A stretch of DNA of 64,000 nucleotides, from positions 2,529,940 through 2,593,939 of the forward strand of contig OZ241323.1 of NCBI GenBank assembly GCA_965199685.1. Direction: 5' to 3'. Below the pieces are notes generated by a model. It had not been told where the DNA came from. It saw only the letters and a list, made by a program, of their open reading frames with translations, and searched no databases. How positions within the stretch are numbered: the first letter of the stretch is position 1; each line of letters begins with the position of its first letter. The translations under genes and the position numbers were made by a program. Below are positions 38,110 to 49,442 of this stretch, one piece after another. The stretch comes from an uncultured candidatus Porisulfidus sp. Its GTDB lineage: Bacteria > Pseudomonadota > Gammaproteobacteria > Poriferisulfidales > Oxydemutatoraceae.

Positions 38110-38503
38110 TGTGGTCGTGTTGTTTTTTCTCTACAGGTTTGGTTTCGCTGGTTTTAGAACTTTGCTCAATGCCACCAGTTTTATCAATCTTTGTGTCCGC
38201 CTCAAAGCGTCCTTTATCAATTTGATCTTCTATCGCCTCAACCAACGGGTCAGTGTTGACAAATTCACGCTTAACGTCACTACTCGCCTTTTGTATCGTG
38301 TCCTGAGCATCGCTTAAAATTTTCTTTACATCTTGTGCACTTGACTCTTCGGCAAACTCGGCTTTTAGCTGTGTGGTTAATTTCTTCATGCGGCCGATCC
38401 AATGACCGACGGTAGAAAGCAATCGCGGCAAACGCTCCGGACCCACGATCAGCAAAGCGATTAGCATAATCAATGCCAATTCCCAAAAGCCGAAATCGGA
38501 CAT
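38102..38503 (-). CDS. tatB: Twin-arginine translocase subunit TatB
   Basis: MSDFGFWELALIMLIALLIVGPERLP is followed by an amphipathic, acidic tail. Confidence 0.75.
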   Translation of the reverse strand: MSDFGFWELALIMLIALLIVGPERLPRLLSTVGHWIGRMKKLTTQLKAEFAEESSAQDVKKILSDAQDTIQKASSDVKREFVNTDPLVEAIEDQIDKGRFEADTKIDKTGGIEQSSKTSETKPVEKKQHDHNG

Positions 38504-38512
38504 TTTTACAGC

Positions 38513-38695
38513 TTAGTCTTCTTTTTTAGGCGGGTGTTGCTGATCCGAGGCTGGTGCCTCTTCTTCCTTGACGGATTTCTTAAAACTTTTGATCGCACTG
38601 CCCAAGTCCGAACCTAAGGTGCGTAACTTTTTGGTGCCAAACAGCAAAATCACGATAACTAATATCAATAATATTTGTAACGGTCCCCACGACAT
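38513..38695 (-). CDS. tatA: Twin-arginine translocase subunit TatA
   Basis: [32 protein letters not shown]; 60 aa. Confidence 0.75.
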   Translation of the reverse strand: MSWGPLQILLILVIVILLFGTKKLRTLGSDLGSAIKSFKKSVKEEEAPASDQQHPPKKED

Positions 38696-38780
38696 AATAA
38701 TATCCTCATCTAAATAATAAAAGCCTATATTAACATTGCCAAGCCTATTTTATTCAACTTGGGAATAATATATACACATA

Positions 38781-38904
38781 CAAGAACTCTTATCCTTGCA
38801 CTTATTGCTATTTTTTGACACTTCACCGACCATTTTTGCAATCTCCATATCCAGATGCTGTATTGCCGACCACCGACCTGCTACCAACTTGGTTATCGCT
38901 AAGG
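38781..38904. repeat. Left copy of a 124-bp direct repeat flanking the nuclease gene
   Basis: caagaactcttatccttgcacttattgctattttttgacacttcaccgaccatttttgcaatctccatatccagatgctgtattgccgaccaccgacctgctaccaacttggttatcgctaagg is about 88% identical to 39567..39690. Confidence 0.8.
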
Positions 38905-38963
38905 TCTTTTTCATCTGGTTTGAAATTCCGACCGTGTATTAGAAAAAGATGTTTTGACATATT

Positions 38964-39533
38964 TTATTCCTCACATTCAGACTCACTTTTAATACAAACA
39001 CCACACTCCTCAAACAAACTCATATCATTGTCTTCAAAGGAAAATCCATACTTCCTCTTAACATTGGCGTATCTTTTAAGATATTCGCACCATCTGCCCT
39101 CGGCAAAGTCATAATCAAGACCTTTGCCGTCCGATGATTTGCGTCTAAAGTCGGCCGGTAAACTTTCGCCTTTTGAACTATTTATATTACTACAGGCTGG
39201 GACAAGATTATCAAAATCAGTTACGAAATTCTCTTTTTCTTGAGGACTCCAAAAACAGCCACCAAGAATATGAGCTTCATTAAGCGAGACAATCATATCT
39301 ACATGAAGCACATTACATTTTAGTTCTCCTACGATTTTTTTGGTGTAGAAGCCTTGTTTAATCCTACCTCTAATCTGTGCTCTTATCGTAAAGTTCCACT
39401 CATCTCTATCAAATGGCGGACATTTACTTGTGGAATGATTAGAACTAGAGTGTGCATAGCTAATATCACTATAAAACATAGGTATTATAAAGACTATAGC
39501 CACAAGGGATAAGATGTATTTGTGCATAATCAT
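38964..39533 (-). CDS. Secreted His-Me finger (DUF1524/HNH-like) nuclease, cysteine-rich
   Basis: A signal peptide is present (MIMHKYILSLVAIVFIIPMFYSDISYA). VDMIVSLNEAHILGG...NLVPACSNINSSKG fits the DUF1524 pattern DHIxPxSxGG...NLQxLCxxCNxxKG. Confidence 0.45.
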   Translation of the reverse strand: MIMHKYILSLVAIVFIIPMFYSDISYAHSSSNHSTSKCPPFDRDEWNFTIRAQIRGRIKQGFYTKKIVGELKCNVLHVDMIVSLNEAHILGGCFWSPQEKENFVTDFDNLVPACSNINSSKGESLPADFRRKSSDGKGLDYDFAEGRWCEYLKRYANVKRKYGFSFEDNDMSLFEECGVCIKSESECEE

Positions 39534-39566
39534 TTCTCCTTATAAAATCGGGAATTATATACAATG

Positions 39567-39690
39567 CAAGAGTTCTTTTCCTCGCACTTGTTGCTATTCT
39601 TTGACACTTTACCGACCATTCTTGCAATCTCCATATCCAGATGCGGTATTGCCAACCGCCGATCTGCTCCTAGCTTGGTTATCGCTAGCC
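39567..39690. repeat. Right copy of a 124-bp direct repeat flanking the nuclease gene
   Basis: See the left copy. Track ORFs 38815..39114 and 39514..39756 are simply translations of these two repeats. Confidence 0.8.
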
Positions 39691-39768
39691 TTTAATACGG
39701 ATAGTTTCATTGTAGGGAAAGTAGATCAAATTGCAAATGTGCAGAATAGTATATAATTCCCCTCAATT

Positions 39769-40092
39769 TTATTTACTGCGATTTCTCTTTTCCTGATGGC
39801 CAGAGATGCCAAAACGTTTCACCAATTCGTCCAATACCAAAGTTGAATCTATATTTTTGTATGCCAAAAGCACCAAACAATGAAACCATAGGTCGGCTGC
39901 CTCGTGTATGATGTGCGTATCGTCCTCGCTAATACCAGCCTCTGTTAATTCTTGCGCTTCTTCCAAAATTTTATCGGCAATGCCCTCAATGCCTTTATCG
40001 TACAAACTTGCAACATAAGAATCGGCAGGAGAGGCTGCTTTGCGAGCTTGTAACACTTGATCCAATTGTTTCAGAATATCATTGCTTTCCAT
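39769..40092 (-). CDS. hisE: Phosphoribosyl-ATP pyrophosphatase
   Basis: The protein is 107 aa and has the usual C-terminal EEAQELTEAGISEDDTHIIHEAADLWFHCLVLLAYKNID. Confidence 0.8.
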   Translation of the reverse strand: MESNDILKQLDQVLQARKAASPADSYVASLYDKGIEGIADKILEEAQELTEAGISEDDTHIIHEAADLWFHCLVLLAYKNIDSTLVLDELVKRFGISGHQEKRNRSK

Positions 40093-40104
40093 GTCATTAA
40101 CACT

Positions 40105-40881
40105 TTATAGACTAGAAGTGATACGAACTTCCACGCCATGTTCACGCATATAATGCTTCGCTTGTGCGATTGAATATTCCCTAAAATGAAAAATACTCGC
40201 AGCTAATACGGCATCGGCTTTACCCGATTGAACGCCTTCTACTAAATGCTTAAGGTTGCCAACACCGCCGGAGGCAATGACCGGGATGCCGACACGCTCA
40301 CTGATGCGGCGGGTGAGTTCCAAATCAAAACCAAGTTTGGTGCCGTCTCGATCCATGCTGGTCAGCAAAATTTCTCCAGCACCCGCTTCTGCCATCCGTT
40401 GCGCCCATTCAACCGCATCTATGCCGCTCGCTTTGCGCCCACCGTGCGTGTAGACCTCCCAGCGTGATTCGCTGCCGCAACGTTTGGCATCTATTGCTAC
40501 AACGACACATTGCGACCCTACCTTAGACACAGCTTCTTTAACAAAATCAGGGTTTTCTATAGCCGCAGTGTTGATTGCGATTTTGTCGGCACCGGCATGG
40601 TGCAGGTTGCGGATATCGTCAACGTTGCGCACGCCGCCGCCTACGGTCATCGGGATAAACACCTCAGCGGCAACCCGAGTAACCAAATCAATCATAATCT
40701 CTCGCCTATCGGAACTTGCGGTTATATCTAAAAAGGTAATCTCATCGGCTCCTTCCTCGTTATAGCATCTGGCAACTTCGGCTGGATCACCAGCATCTTT
40801 GATATCTACGAACCGCACACCTTTGACTACTCGCCCGCCCGCCACATCCAAGCATGGAATAACCCGTTTAGTTAATGCCAT
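40105..40881 (-). CDS. hisF: Imidazole glycerol phosphate synthase cyclase subunit
   Basis: [13 protein letters not shown]...[13 protein letters not shown]...; 258 aa. Confidence 0.9.
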   Translation of the reverse strand: MALTKRVIPCLDVAGGRVVKGVRFVDIKDAGDPAEVARCYNEEGADEITFLDITASSDRREIMIDLVTRVAAEVFIPMTVGGGVRNVDDIRNLHHAGADKIAINTAAIENPDFVKEAVSKVGSQCVVVAIDAKRCGSESRWEVYTHGGRKASGIDAVEWAQRMAEAGAGEILLTSMDRDGTKLGFDLELTRRISERVGIPVIASGGVGNLKHLVEGVQSGKADAVLAASIFHFREYSIAQAKHYMREHGVEVRITSSL

Positions 40882-40885
40882 CTCT

Positions 40886-41632
40886 CTACTGCTCTATGGC
40901 ACCAAGGCTCTCTACAAGTTGATGTGCCTTCTTTAGATCTATGGTGCCTTCGTACAAGGCTCGCCCAAGCACGATGCCCTGCATCCCTTCCTCGCCGGCA
41001 GTGCATGCGTGCTTGATATTATCCAGTGTCGTAAAACCACCAGCAGCGATAACCGGTATATGTGTAGAAGCTGCCAATTCCAACGAACTTTCGATGTTAG
41101 GTCCTTGCATCATGCCGTCGCGGCTGACATCGGTATGAATAATCGCAACCACACCGTCGTCTTCAAAGTGTTGTGCTAAATCTATAGGGTCGTGGTGCGA
41201 TACCTTAGACCAGCCCTCAGTTGCAACTTTGCCGTCCTTGATATCCAAACCCACGATGATATGCCCGGGGAACTCCAGACATAGATCTTTGATGATATGC
41301 GGCTGACTTGCTGCGCGGGTGCCGATGATGACATATTGCGCGCCGCAATCCAAATAGGCTTGCACGGTGTCGTCGTCTCTTATACCACCACCGACTTGTA
41401 CGGGAACATCGGGAAATGCCTTGGTTATTTGTGCCACAACTTTCATGTTGCGTGGCTTACCGGCAAAAGCACCGTCCAAATCAATGATGTGCAGGCGTTT
41501 TGCTTTTTGTGCCACCCAACGCTCGGCGACGGAAAGAGGATCATCGGAAAAAATGGTTTCTTTTTCTTTAACACCTTGACGCAAGCGTACACATTTGCCG
41601 TCTTTCAGATCTATTGCGGGAATGAGTAACAT
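40886..41632 (-). CDS. hisA: ProFAR isomerase
   Basis: [17 protein letters not shown]...; 248 aa. Confidence 0.9.
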   Translation of the reverse strand: MLLIPAIDLKDGKCVRLRQGVKEKETIFSDDPLSVAERWVAQKAKRLHIIDLDGAFAGKPRNMKVVAQITKAFPDVPVQVGGGIRDDDTVQAYLDCGAQYVIIGTRAASQPHIIKDLCLEFPGHIIVGLDIKDGKVATEGWSKVSHHDPIDLAQHFEDDGVVAIIHTDVSRDGMMQGPNIESSLELAASTHIPVIAAGGFTTLDNIKHACTAGEEGMQGIVLGRALYEGTIDLKKAHQLVESLGAIEQ

Positions 41633-41672
41633 GATGGTTTAGATATGTGGGGGTTTTCTATCATTATAACCG

Positions 41673-42311
41673 CTAAACGATGCCGTTCCAATTCCCGAAG
41701 TTTTGTAGCAAACGCAACCCGCAAGCAGAACTTTTCTCAGGGTGAAATTGCATCGCAAAAATATATTCCGATGCGGCAGCACAACCGAAAGTAACTCCGT
41801 ATTCGGTAGATCCTGCACACTGTTGTTGGTTGTCAGGAACGATGTAATAGCTATGCACAAAATAAAAGTATTCGTTATCAGTGATGCGATTCCATAACGG
41901 ATGGTCGGCTATTTGTTTGACATTGTTCCAGCCCATATGCGGAATTTTGTATTTGCTTTGCTCAGGGATTATATTATTCAGATGCCTTACTTGTCCTGGT
42001 AGCAGACCCAGACACTCTGTGCCGCCATTCTCTTCACTACGGTCAAATAACACCTGTAGACCCAAACAAATACCCAAAAAGGGTTTCTCCGATGCTGCTT
42101 GTTTTAGCGGTTCAACCAAACCCTTACGCGTGATTCCAGCCATGCAGTCCTTCGCTGCACCCTGACCAGGAAAAACCACTTTATCGGCATCACGAACAAC
42201 CGCAACATCGTCGGTGATCACAATGTTGGGATTACCAGAAATCGCGTGTGTGAGTGCTTGTTTGACCGAATATAGATTGCCTATGCCGCAATCTACGATA
42301 GCAATTAACAT
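41673..42311 (-). CDS. hisH: Imidazole glycerol phosphate synthase glutamine amidotransferase subunit
   Basis: MLIAIVDCGIGNLYSV...GICLGLQVL...; catalytic triad Cys-His-Glu. Confidence 0.9.
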   Translation of the reverse strand: MLIAIVDCGIGNLYSVKQALTHAISGNPNIVITDDVAVVRDADKVVFPGQGAAKDCMAGITRKGLVEPLKQAASEKPFLGICLGLQVLFDRSEENGGTECLGLLPGQVRHLNNIIPEQSKYKIPHMGWNNVKQIADHPLWNRITDNEYFYFVHSYYIVPDNQQQCAGSTEYGVTFGCAAASEYIFAMQFHPEKSSACGLRLLQNFGNWNGIV

Positions 42312-42395
42312 GTTTTACTGTTACCTATTCACAATTTTGCAAGCCGAGCCTTGCCTCGAAGGTTATACAAAAACCTTATTAAATCTAATAGCCGC

Positions 42396-42989
42396 TTATA
42401 GTTTTCCTTTGGTTGAGGGAAGTTCTGATGCCATTTGCGGGTCTATGGCAACCGCAGTTCTGCAAGCTCGCGCAAAAGCCTTAAACAAAGTCTCGGCAAT
42501 ATGGTGTGCATTAGAACCTCTGATATTATCCAAATGTACGGTGGCTTGTGCGTGATTAACAAAACCTTGAAAGAACTCGTGTATTAAATCCACATCAAAC
42601 TCACCAATACGCGCCCGTGGATATTCAACCTTGTAGACCAGCCCGGGGCGTCCTGAAAAATCTATCACCGCCCGCGACAATGCTTCGTCTAAAGGCACAT
42701 AGGCATGACCGTAGCGATAAATACCTTTTTTGTCTCCCAAAGCCTTGTTGAAACACTGCCCCAATGTGATGCCAGTGTCTTCAACCGTATGGTGAAAATC
42801 CACCTCAAGATCACCCTGCGCCTTAATATCTAAATCAAAGCATCCATGTTTTCTCACTTGATCGAGCATGTGTTCCATAAACGGAATACCGATATCATTC
42901 GTGCCTTGTCCTGAACCGTCAAGACCTAAAGTAATTTCTATATTAGTTTCGGCTGTTTCCCTAGAAATATGGGCGGTGCGTGGCTTCAT
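42396..42989 (-). CDS. hisB: Imidazoleglycerol-phosphate dehydratase
   Basis: [18 protein letters not shown]...[12 protein letters not shown]...; 197 aa, monofunctional. Confidence 0.9.
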   Translation of the reverse strand: MKPRTAHISRETAETNIEITLGLDGSGQGTNDIGIPFMEHMLDQVRKHGCFDLDIKAQGDLEVDFHHTVEDTGITLGQCFNKALGDKKGIYRYGHAYVPLDEALSRAVIDFSGRPGLVYKVEYPRARIGEFDVDLIHEFFQGFVNHAQATVHLDNIRGSNAHHIAETLFKAFARACRTAVAIDPQMASELPSTKGKL

Positions 42990-43036
42990 GTCAAAATCGT
43001 GTTATTCATCAATTAAGAGATATTATATATGAATCT

Positions 43037-43100
43037 GGGGCTGTTAAAAAAGTATTTCTTGAACCGTAGGGGCGGATTTATACCCCGACTTTGCAATAGA
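43037..43100. repeat. Repeat module, locus R6
   Basis: ggggctgttaaaaaagtatttcttgaaccgtaggggcggatttataccccgactttgcaat. Confidence 0.5.
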
Positions 43101-43282
43101 AAACTGTAAAAGGTCGCAAACCCATACATGACAATACGCTCAAGCAAATTACTGTCCCACCCATTGGGTGAAACAAAATCTATTAATCTTTTTTATTAAT
43201 TTATCACCTAAAGATCTGTACAAGACCTTGTTTTTACCTTACTTTAAAGGTTATCAATTAACCTCAAAGAAAGGAGAAACTA

Positions 43283-44699
43283 TGGCAAAAGGAAACTCAA
43301 AAAAGCCCAACGATTAGCACCAAAATGCGTCGGATGGTCTGGGCATCACGAAAGATAACTTAACTTCTCGCGGGGGCTTGTTGCTAGCCCTCAAAGTGGT
43401 CAAATCACTACGACTTAAGAAACTTGCTGATATTTTATTTAGGCGACCGGGTAGCAATCGTGGCTACCTCAATGGCGACATTCTAACGACACTGGTGGCG
43501 ATGCAAACCGACGGTGCGACCAGTTTGAGCGGTGTATTGCGTTTGCGCACGGAGAGCGCATTGCTCAAGCTGGTCGGTATTCGCAAGATACAAGTGTCAA
43601 TACCTTATCGCGGTGGTTGCATGGTCAGGGTCAAGCCGGTGTGCGTTTAATTAACAAGATCAATCAGAGGGTGATTACTGCCACCTTGGCGTGCCGGCAA
43701 GTCACAGAGGTGACGTTGGATATTGATGCGACAGTGATAGAGACTGAGAAATCCAGTGCTACACGCACCTATCAGAACCACCGAGGTTTCACGATGATGG
43801 TCGGCACGCTAGTTGAGGTCGGTCAAGTGATTGCCGCCCAGTTGCGCCACGGCTATGTGTCGCCGAACTTTGACAATATTGGTTTCATCAAGACGTGTCG
43901 AAAGCTGTTGCCGAAAGGTATCCGGCTCAAGTGCGTGCGCAGTGATGCAGCCGGCTATCAACACAAAGTGATTGACTATCTCATCCGCCATCACATTGAG
44001 TTTGTTATTCGTGCGGCAATGAACCCGGCGATTAGTCGCGCCATTGCGGCACTATCGGGGGCGGATTGGCAACGATTGCGATATAAAGACGGCAGTTTAT
44101 CGCAACATGAGTGGGTGGCGCGTTGCACACATGTCATGTATCGTAGCGACAAAGTCATTGACCTCGTCATCCAACGCAACCTCAGGCCACTGCCATTCCA
44201 GAAAAAACAGGCTGCCAAGTTGCTGGGTCGGCAACGGATATTGGATATATTTGTTAATGACACTGTTCAGTACGGCTATCGTGTCATTGCCACCAATATC
44301 AAAGCACTAGACAACTCAGAGATTGTCCACTTCTATAATCAACGCGGCGAGCATTCCGAGAACCATATTAAAGAGTTGAAATCGGACTTTGCCGCCGGTC
44401 GTCCACCATGTAGTGAGTTTGATGCCAATGCGCTGCATGTTGCGGTGTGTGCGTTAGCTTTCAATGTCTTCGCACTGATGCGCCACGGTTTACCCGTCGG
44501 GATGCGCCGTGCCAGGGCATTGACACTGCGAGTGGATTTGTTTGCTTTGGCCGGGAAGATTGTTTACCATGGTCGGCAATGCCACCTCAAACTACCCGAC
44601 GGCTATCTGAGCTTGTTGAGCCGCGCCTTGGCAACCATGCGCTATCATTTGGGTGGGGTGTTGCCGAATCTGCACTCGCCACTGATACAGCCAGACTAG
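43283..44699 (+). mobile_element. IS4/IS1380-like insertion-sequence remnant; transposase broken into at least 3 frames (pseudogene)
   Basis: 43283..43318 encodes MAKGNSKKPND*. After a frame change the IS1380-type N-terminus LTSRGGLLLALKVVKSL appears (ORF 43378..43650). ORF 43617..44699 then carries DDE_Tnp_1 motifs LDIDATVIET, VRSDAAGY and YNQRGEHSENHIKELK. The segment is visibly GC-richer than its flanks. Confidence 0.6.
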
Positions 44700-44934
44700 C
44701 ATCTCAGTTTTAACACGCATTAACATAAGCCGCAGTCGCGGTGGTGGCTCCGCCTACTCTAATACGAGAGGTGAAAGCATTTTTCCAGTATATATGGGTG
44801 TCAATGATGATTTTTTCGTTGCACCTGGCAATGATTTAACCATCAAGTTTCAGTTTTAGGCGGTTGACCTGATAATTTGGCAAGAAATTGTCCATTGCAT
44901 ACGATTTTGATTCTCTATTGACGATTTTCGGTGT

Positions 44935-45185
44935 TAGCCTTCCCCTACGGTGCATGAAATACCTTTCCAACAGCTCCACATGAGGCTGTTGAAAAAGTGT
45001 CTGCATTGGTACATTCCCCTCCTCTGGAGGGGTGGCAGGCGAAGCCTGACGGGGTGGTTGCAAAGGTTCTGCACAAAGTCACGCCGTTTGTGCTACTGCA
45101 ACAAACGACGGTTCTATTTTCCAACAGCTCCACATGCCCTCCCTAACGCGTTGCGTCTGCAAAAACAATCCATTCATCCATTTTA
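44935..45185. repeat. Repeat-module mosaic, locus R7 (upstream of gyrB)
   Basis: It contains ggctgttgaaaaagtg, cccctcctctggagggg, ggttctgcacaaagtcacgccgtttgtgctactgcaacaaacgacgg and ccctaacgcgttgcgtctgcaaaaacaatccattcatcca. Confidence 0.65.
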
Positions 45186-45377
45186 ATTTACGGTAACCAT
45201 ACAGTAGGCACAGAACGTTTGGAGCTGAGTGGAACGGTACTTTAGGACAGATATATTAGCCCGATTCTAGTGCCGAAAAAACCCAAATTACGGTGCAGAT
45301 GTGCTAAAATATACCACTTGAAAAAAGACCAAATTAAATCTCATTATTAAGTATGTTTTTAACCCCTAATCCCCTAA

Positions 45378-47780
<2,403 letters not shown>

Positions 47781-48172
47781 CACCCTGTCCTTACATGTCC
47801 AACCGCCACGCGCCACCAAATCATGCAAACCACCCCTAATGCGTTGTCCTTGCATGTCCAACCGCCACGCGCCACCCAACTTATGGCAACCACCCGTAGG
47901 GGAGGGTACTGCATTTTGCGATGAATACGCTGCCCAACATTCTAGAGTTCTGCACAATGTCACGCCGATTGATTTTGATATATGTGATGTTTTTAACGAA
48001 CACAGCATTTAGATTTTGCACAAAGTTACGCCACTTGACCTACTGGCTCAAGTGGCGGGTTCACTCGGCGATAATCGGCGGTTCTACTTGTGCAGACGTA
48101 ACGCGTTTCGGGAGGGCATGTTAGCCCTCCCCTACGGCTCAAGGATACTTTTGCAACAACCCTCAAAATATA
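47781..48172. repeat. Repeat-module mosaic, locus R8, including a ~52-bp tandem duplication (47786..47895)
   Basis: tgtccttacatgtccaaccgccacgcgccaccaaatcatgcaaaccaccc and ttgtccttgcatgtccaaccgccacgcgccacccaacttatggcaaccaccc, followed by the ttctgcaca box modules. Confidence 0.6.
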
Positions 48173-48175
48173 CCT

Positions 48176-48967
48176 GTGCCTGACCAGAGATTTACAGTGG
48201 CATCGTGGAATGTCAACTCCATACGCACGCGGCTCACACACATATTGGATTGGCTTGAACATACACAAGTGGATGTACTCGCCATACAAGAAACCAAAGT
48301 CACTGACGAGCAATTTCCGCTAGACGAAATAAAAACGGCAGGTTATCAAGCCATGTTCAGCGGACAAAAAAGTTATAACGGAGTCGCATTGTTATATCGC
48401 GGCAAAGCAAGCGATGAAAACACCAAGGTGGCAAACATAGAAGACGAAGACAAGCGAGTTTTAGCCGCAACCATAGACGGTGTTCGTATCGTCAACCTCT
48501 ATGTGGTCAACGGCTCCGAAGTCGATTCTGATCGCTATCACTATAAACTTGAATGGCTGGAACACATCAGAACCTTCATCGCCGCTGAGATGCAAACACA
48601 CCGCCACATCATCGTTTTGGGAGACTTCAATATTGCCCCTGCCGATGCCGATGTACACGACCCTAAAAAATGGGCAGGTCATATACTCTGCACCGAACCC
48701 GAACGCCGAATGCTTACGACCTTCTTTGACTTAGGTCTTGCCGACACCTTCCGCCTGTTTGAGCATAAAACCGAAGATACTTTTAGCTGGTGGGATTATC
48801 GCAGCAATAGCTTTGATAAAAATGCAGGACTGCGCATAGACCTGTTGCTCGCCAACACCGAACTTTGCGAACACTGCGTTTCAAGTAGCATAGACAAACA
48901 CCCCCGCACCCTAGAACGTCCATCCGACCACGCTCCAATCATCGCCGAGTTTACCAACCTCCCATAG
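48176..48967 (+). CDS. xthA: Exodeoxyribonuclease III
   Basis: FTVASWNVNSIRTRL..., LAIQETKV, RIDLLLAN and PSDHAPI are present; 263 aa. Confidence 0.85.
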   Translation: MPDQRFTVASWNVNSIRTRLTHILDWLEHTQVDVLAIQETKVTDEQFPLDEIKTAGYQAMFSGQKSYNGVALLYRGKASDENTKVANIEDEDKRVLAATIDGVRIVNLYVVNGSEVDSDRYHYKLEWLEHIRTFIAAEMQTHRHIIVLGDFNIAPADADVHDPKKWAGHILCTEPERRMLTTFFDLGLADTFRLFEHKTEDTFSWWDYRSNSFDKNAGLRIDLLLANTELCEHCVSSSIDKHPRTLERPSDHAPIIAEFTNLP

Positions 48968-49116
48968 GGAACCGTAAATTGGATGGATGAATGGATTAGT
49001 TGTGCAGATACGACACAACCACCCCGTCAGGCGAAGCCTACAATGGTTATCACAATTCGCTAACTATATCTGCTCGCCTCATGTAAAATAGGCTTTTCAT
49101 CTGATGAGGTTTTGGT

Positions 49117-49440
49117 ATGACTTTTGTGGTTACAGAAAATTGTATTAAATGTAAATACACTGATTGCGTAGAGGTGTGTCCGGTGGATTGTTTTCACGAG
49201 GGACCCAACTTTTTGGTGATAGATCCCGAAGAGTGTATAGATTGTTCTCTTTGTGAGCCGGAGTGTCCTATAGATGCTATCTTGTCCGAAGACGATTTAG
49301 AGGAGGAGCAGAAACAGTTTCTCAAATTGAATGATGAGCTTTCGCAACAATGGCCAGTAATAACGGTTAAGAAGGATGCCCCACCCGATGCCGACGAATG
49401 GAAAGATAAACCAGATAAACTGAGTTTGCTGGAATACTAA
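49117..49440 (+). CDS. fdxA: 7Fe ferredoxin (FdxA-type; 3Fe-4S + 4Fe-4S)
   Basis: [26 protein letters not shown]...[12 protein letters not shown]. Confidence 0.8.
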   Translation: MTFVVTENCIKCKYTDCVEVCPVDCFHEGPNFLVIDPEECIDCSLCEPECPIDAILSEDDLEEEQKQFLKLNDELSQQWPVITVKKDAPPDADEWKDKPDKLSLLEY

Positions 49441-49442
49441 AT

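Noticed and set aside
38815-39756. Track ORFs 38815..39114 and 39514..39756 with the shared peptide RPFLQSPYPDAVLPT(T/A)DLL
   Set aside because: Both are translations of the two copies of the 124-bp direct repeat. There is no RBS, and the reading frames are open only across the repeat.
43020-43100. Possible left terminal inverted repeat of the IS at the repeat module 43037..43100
   Set aside because: The sequence belongs to the dispersed ctgttgaaaaagta repeat family seen at nine other loci. It is not an IS-specific terminus.
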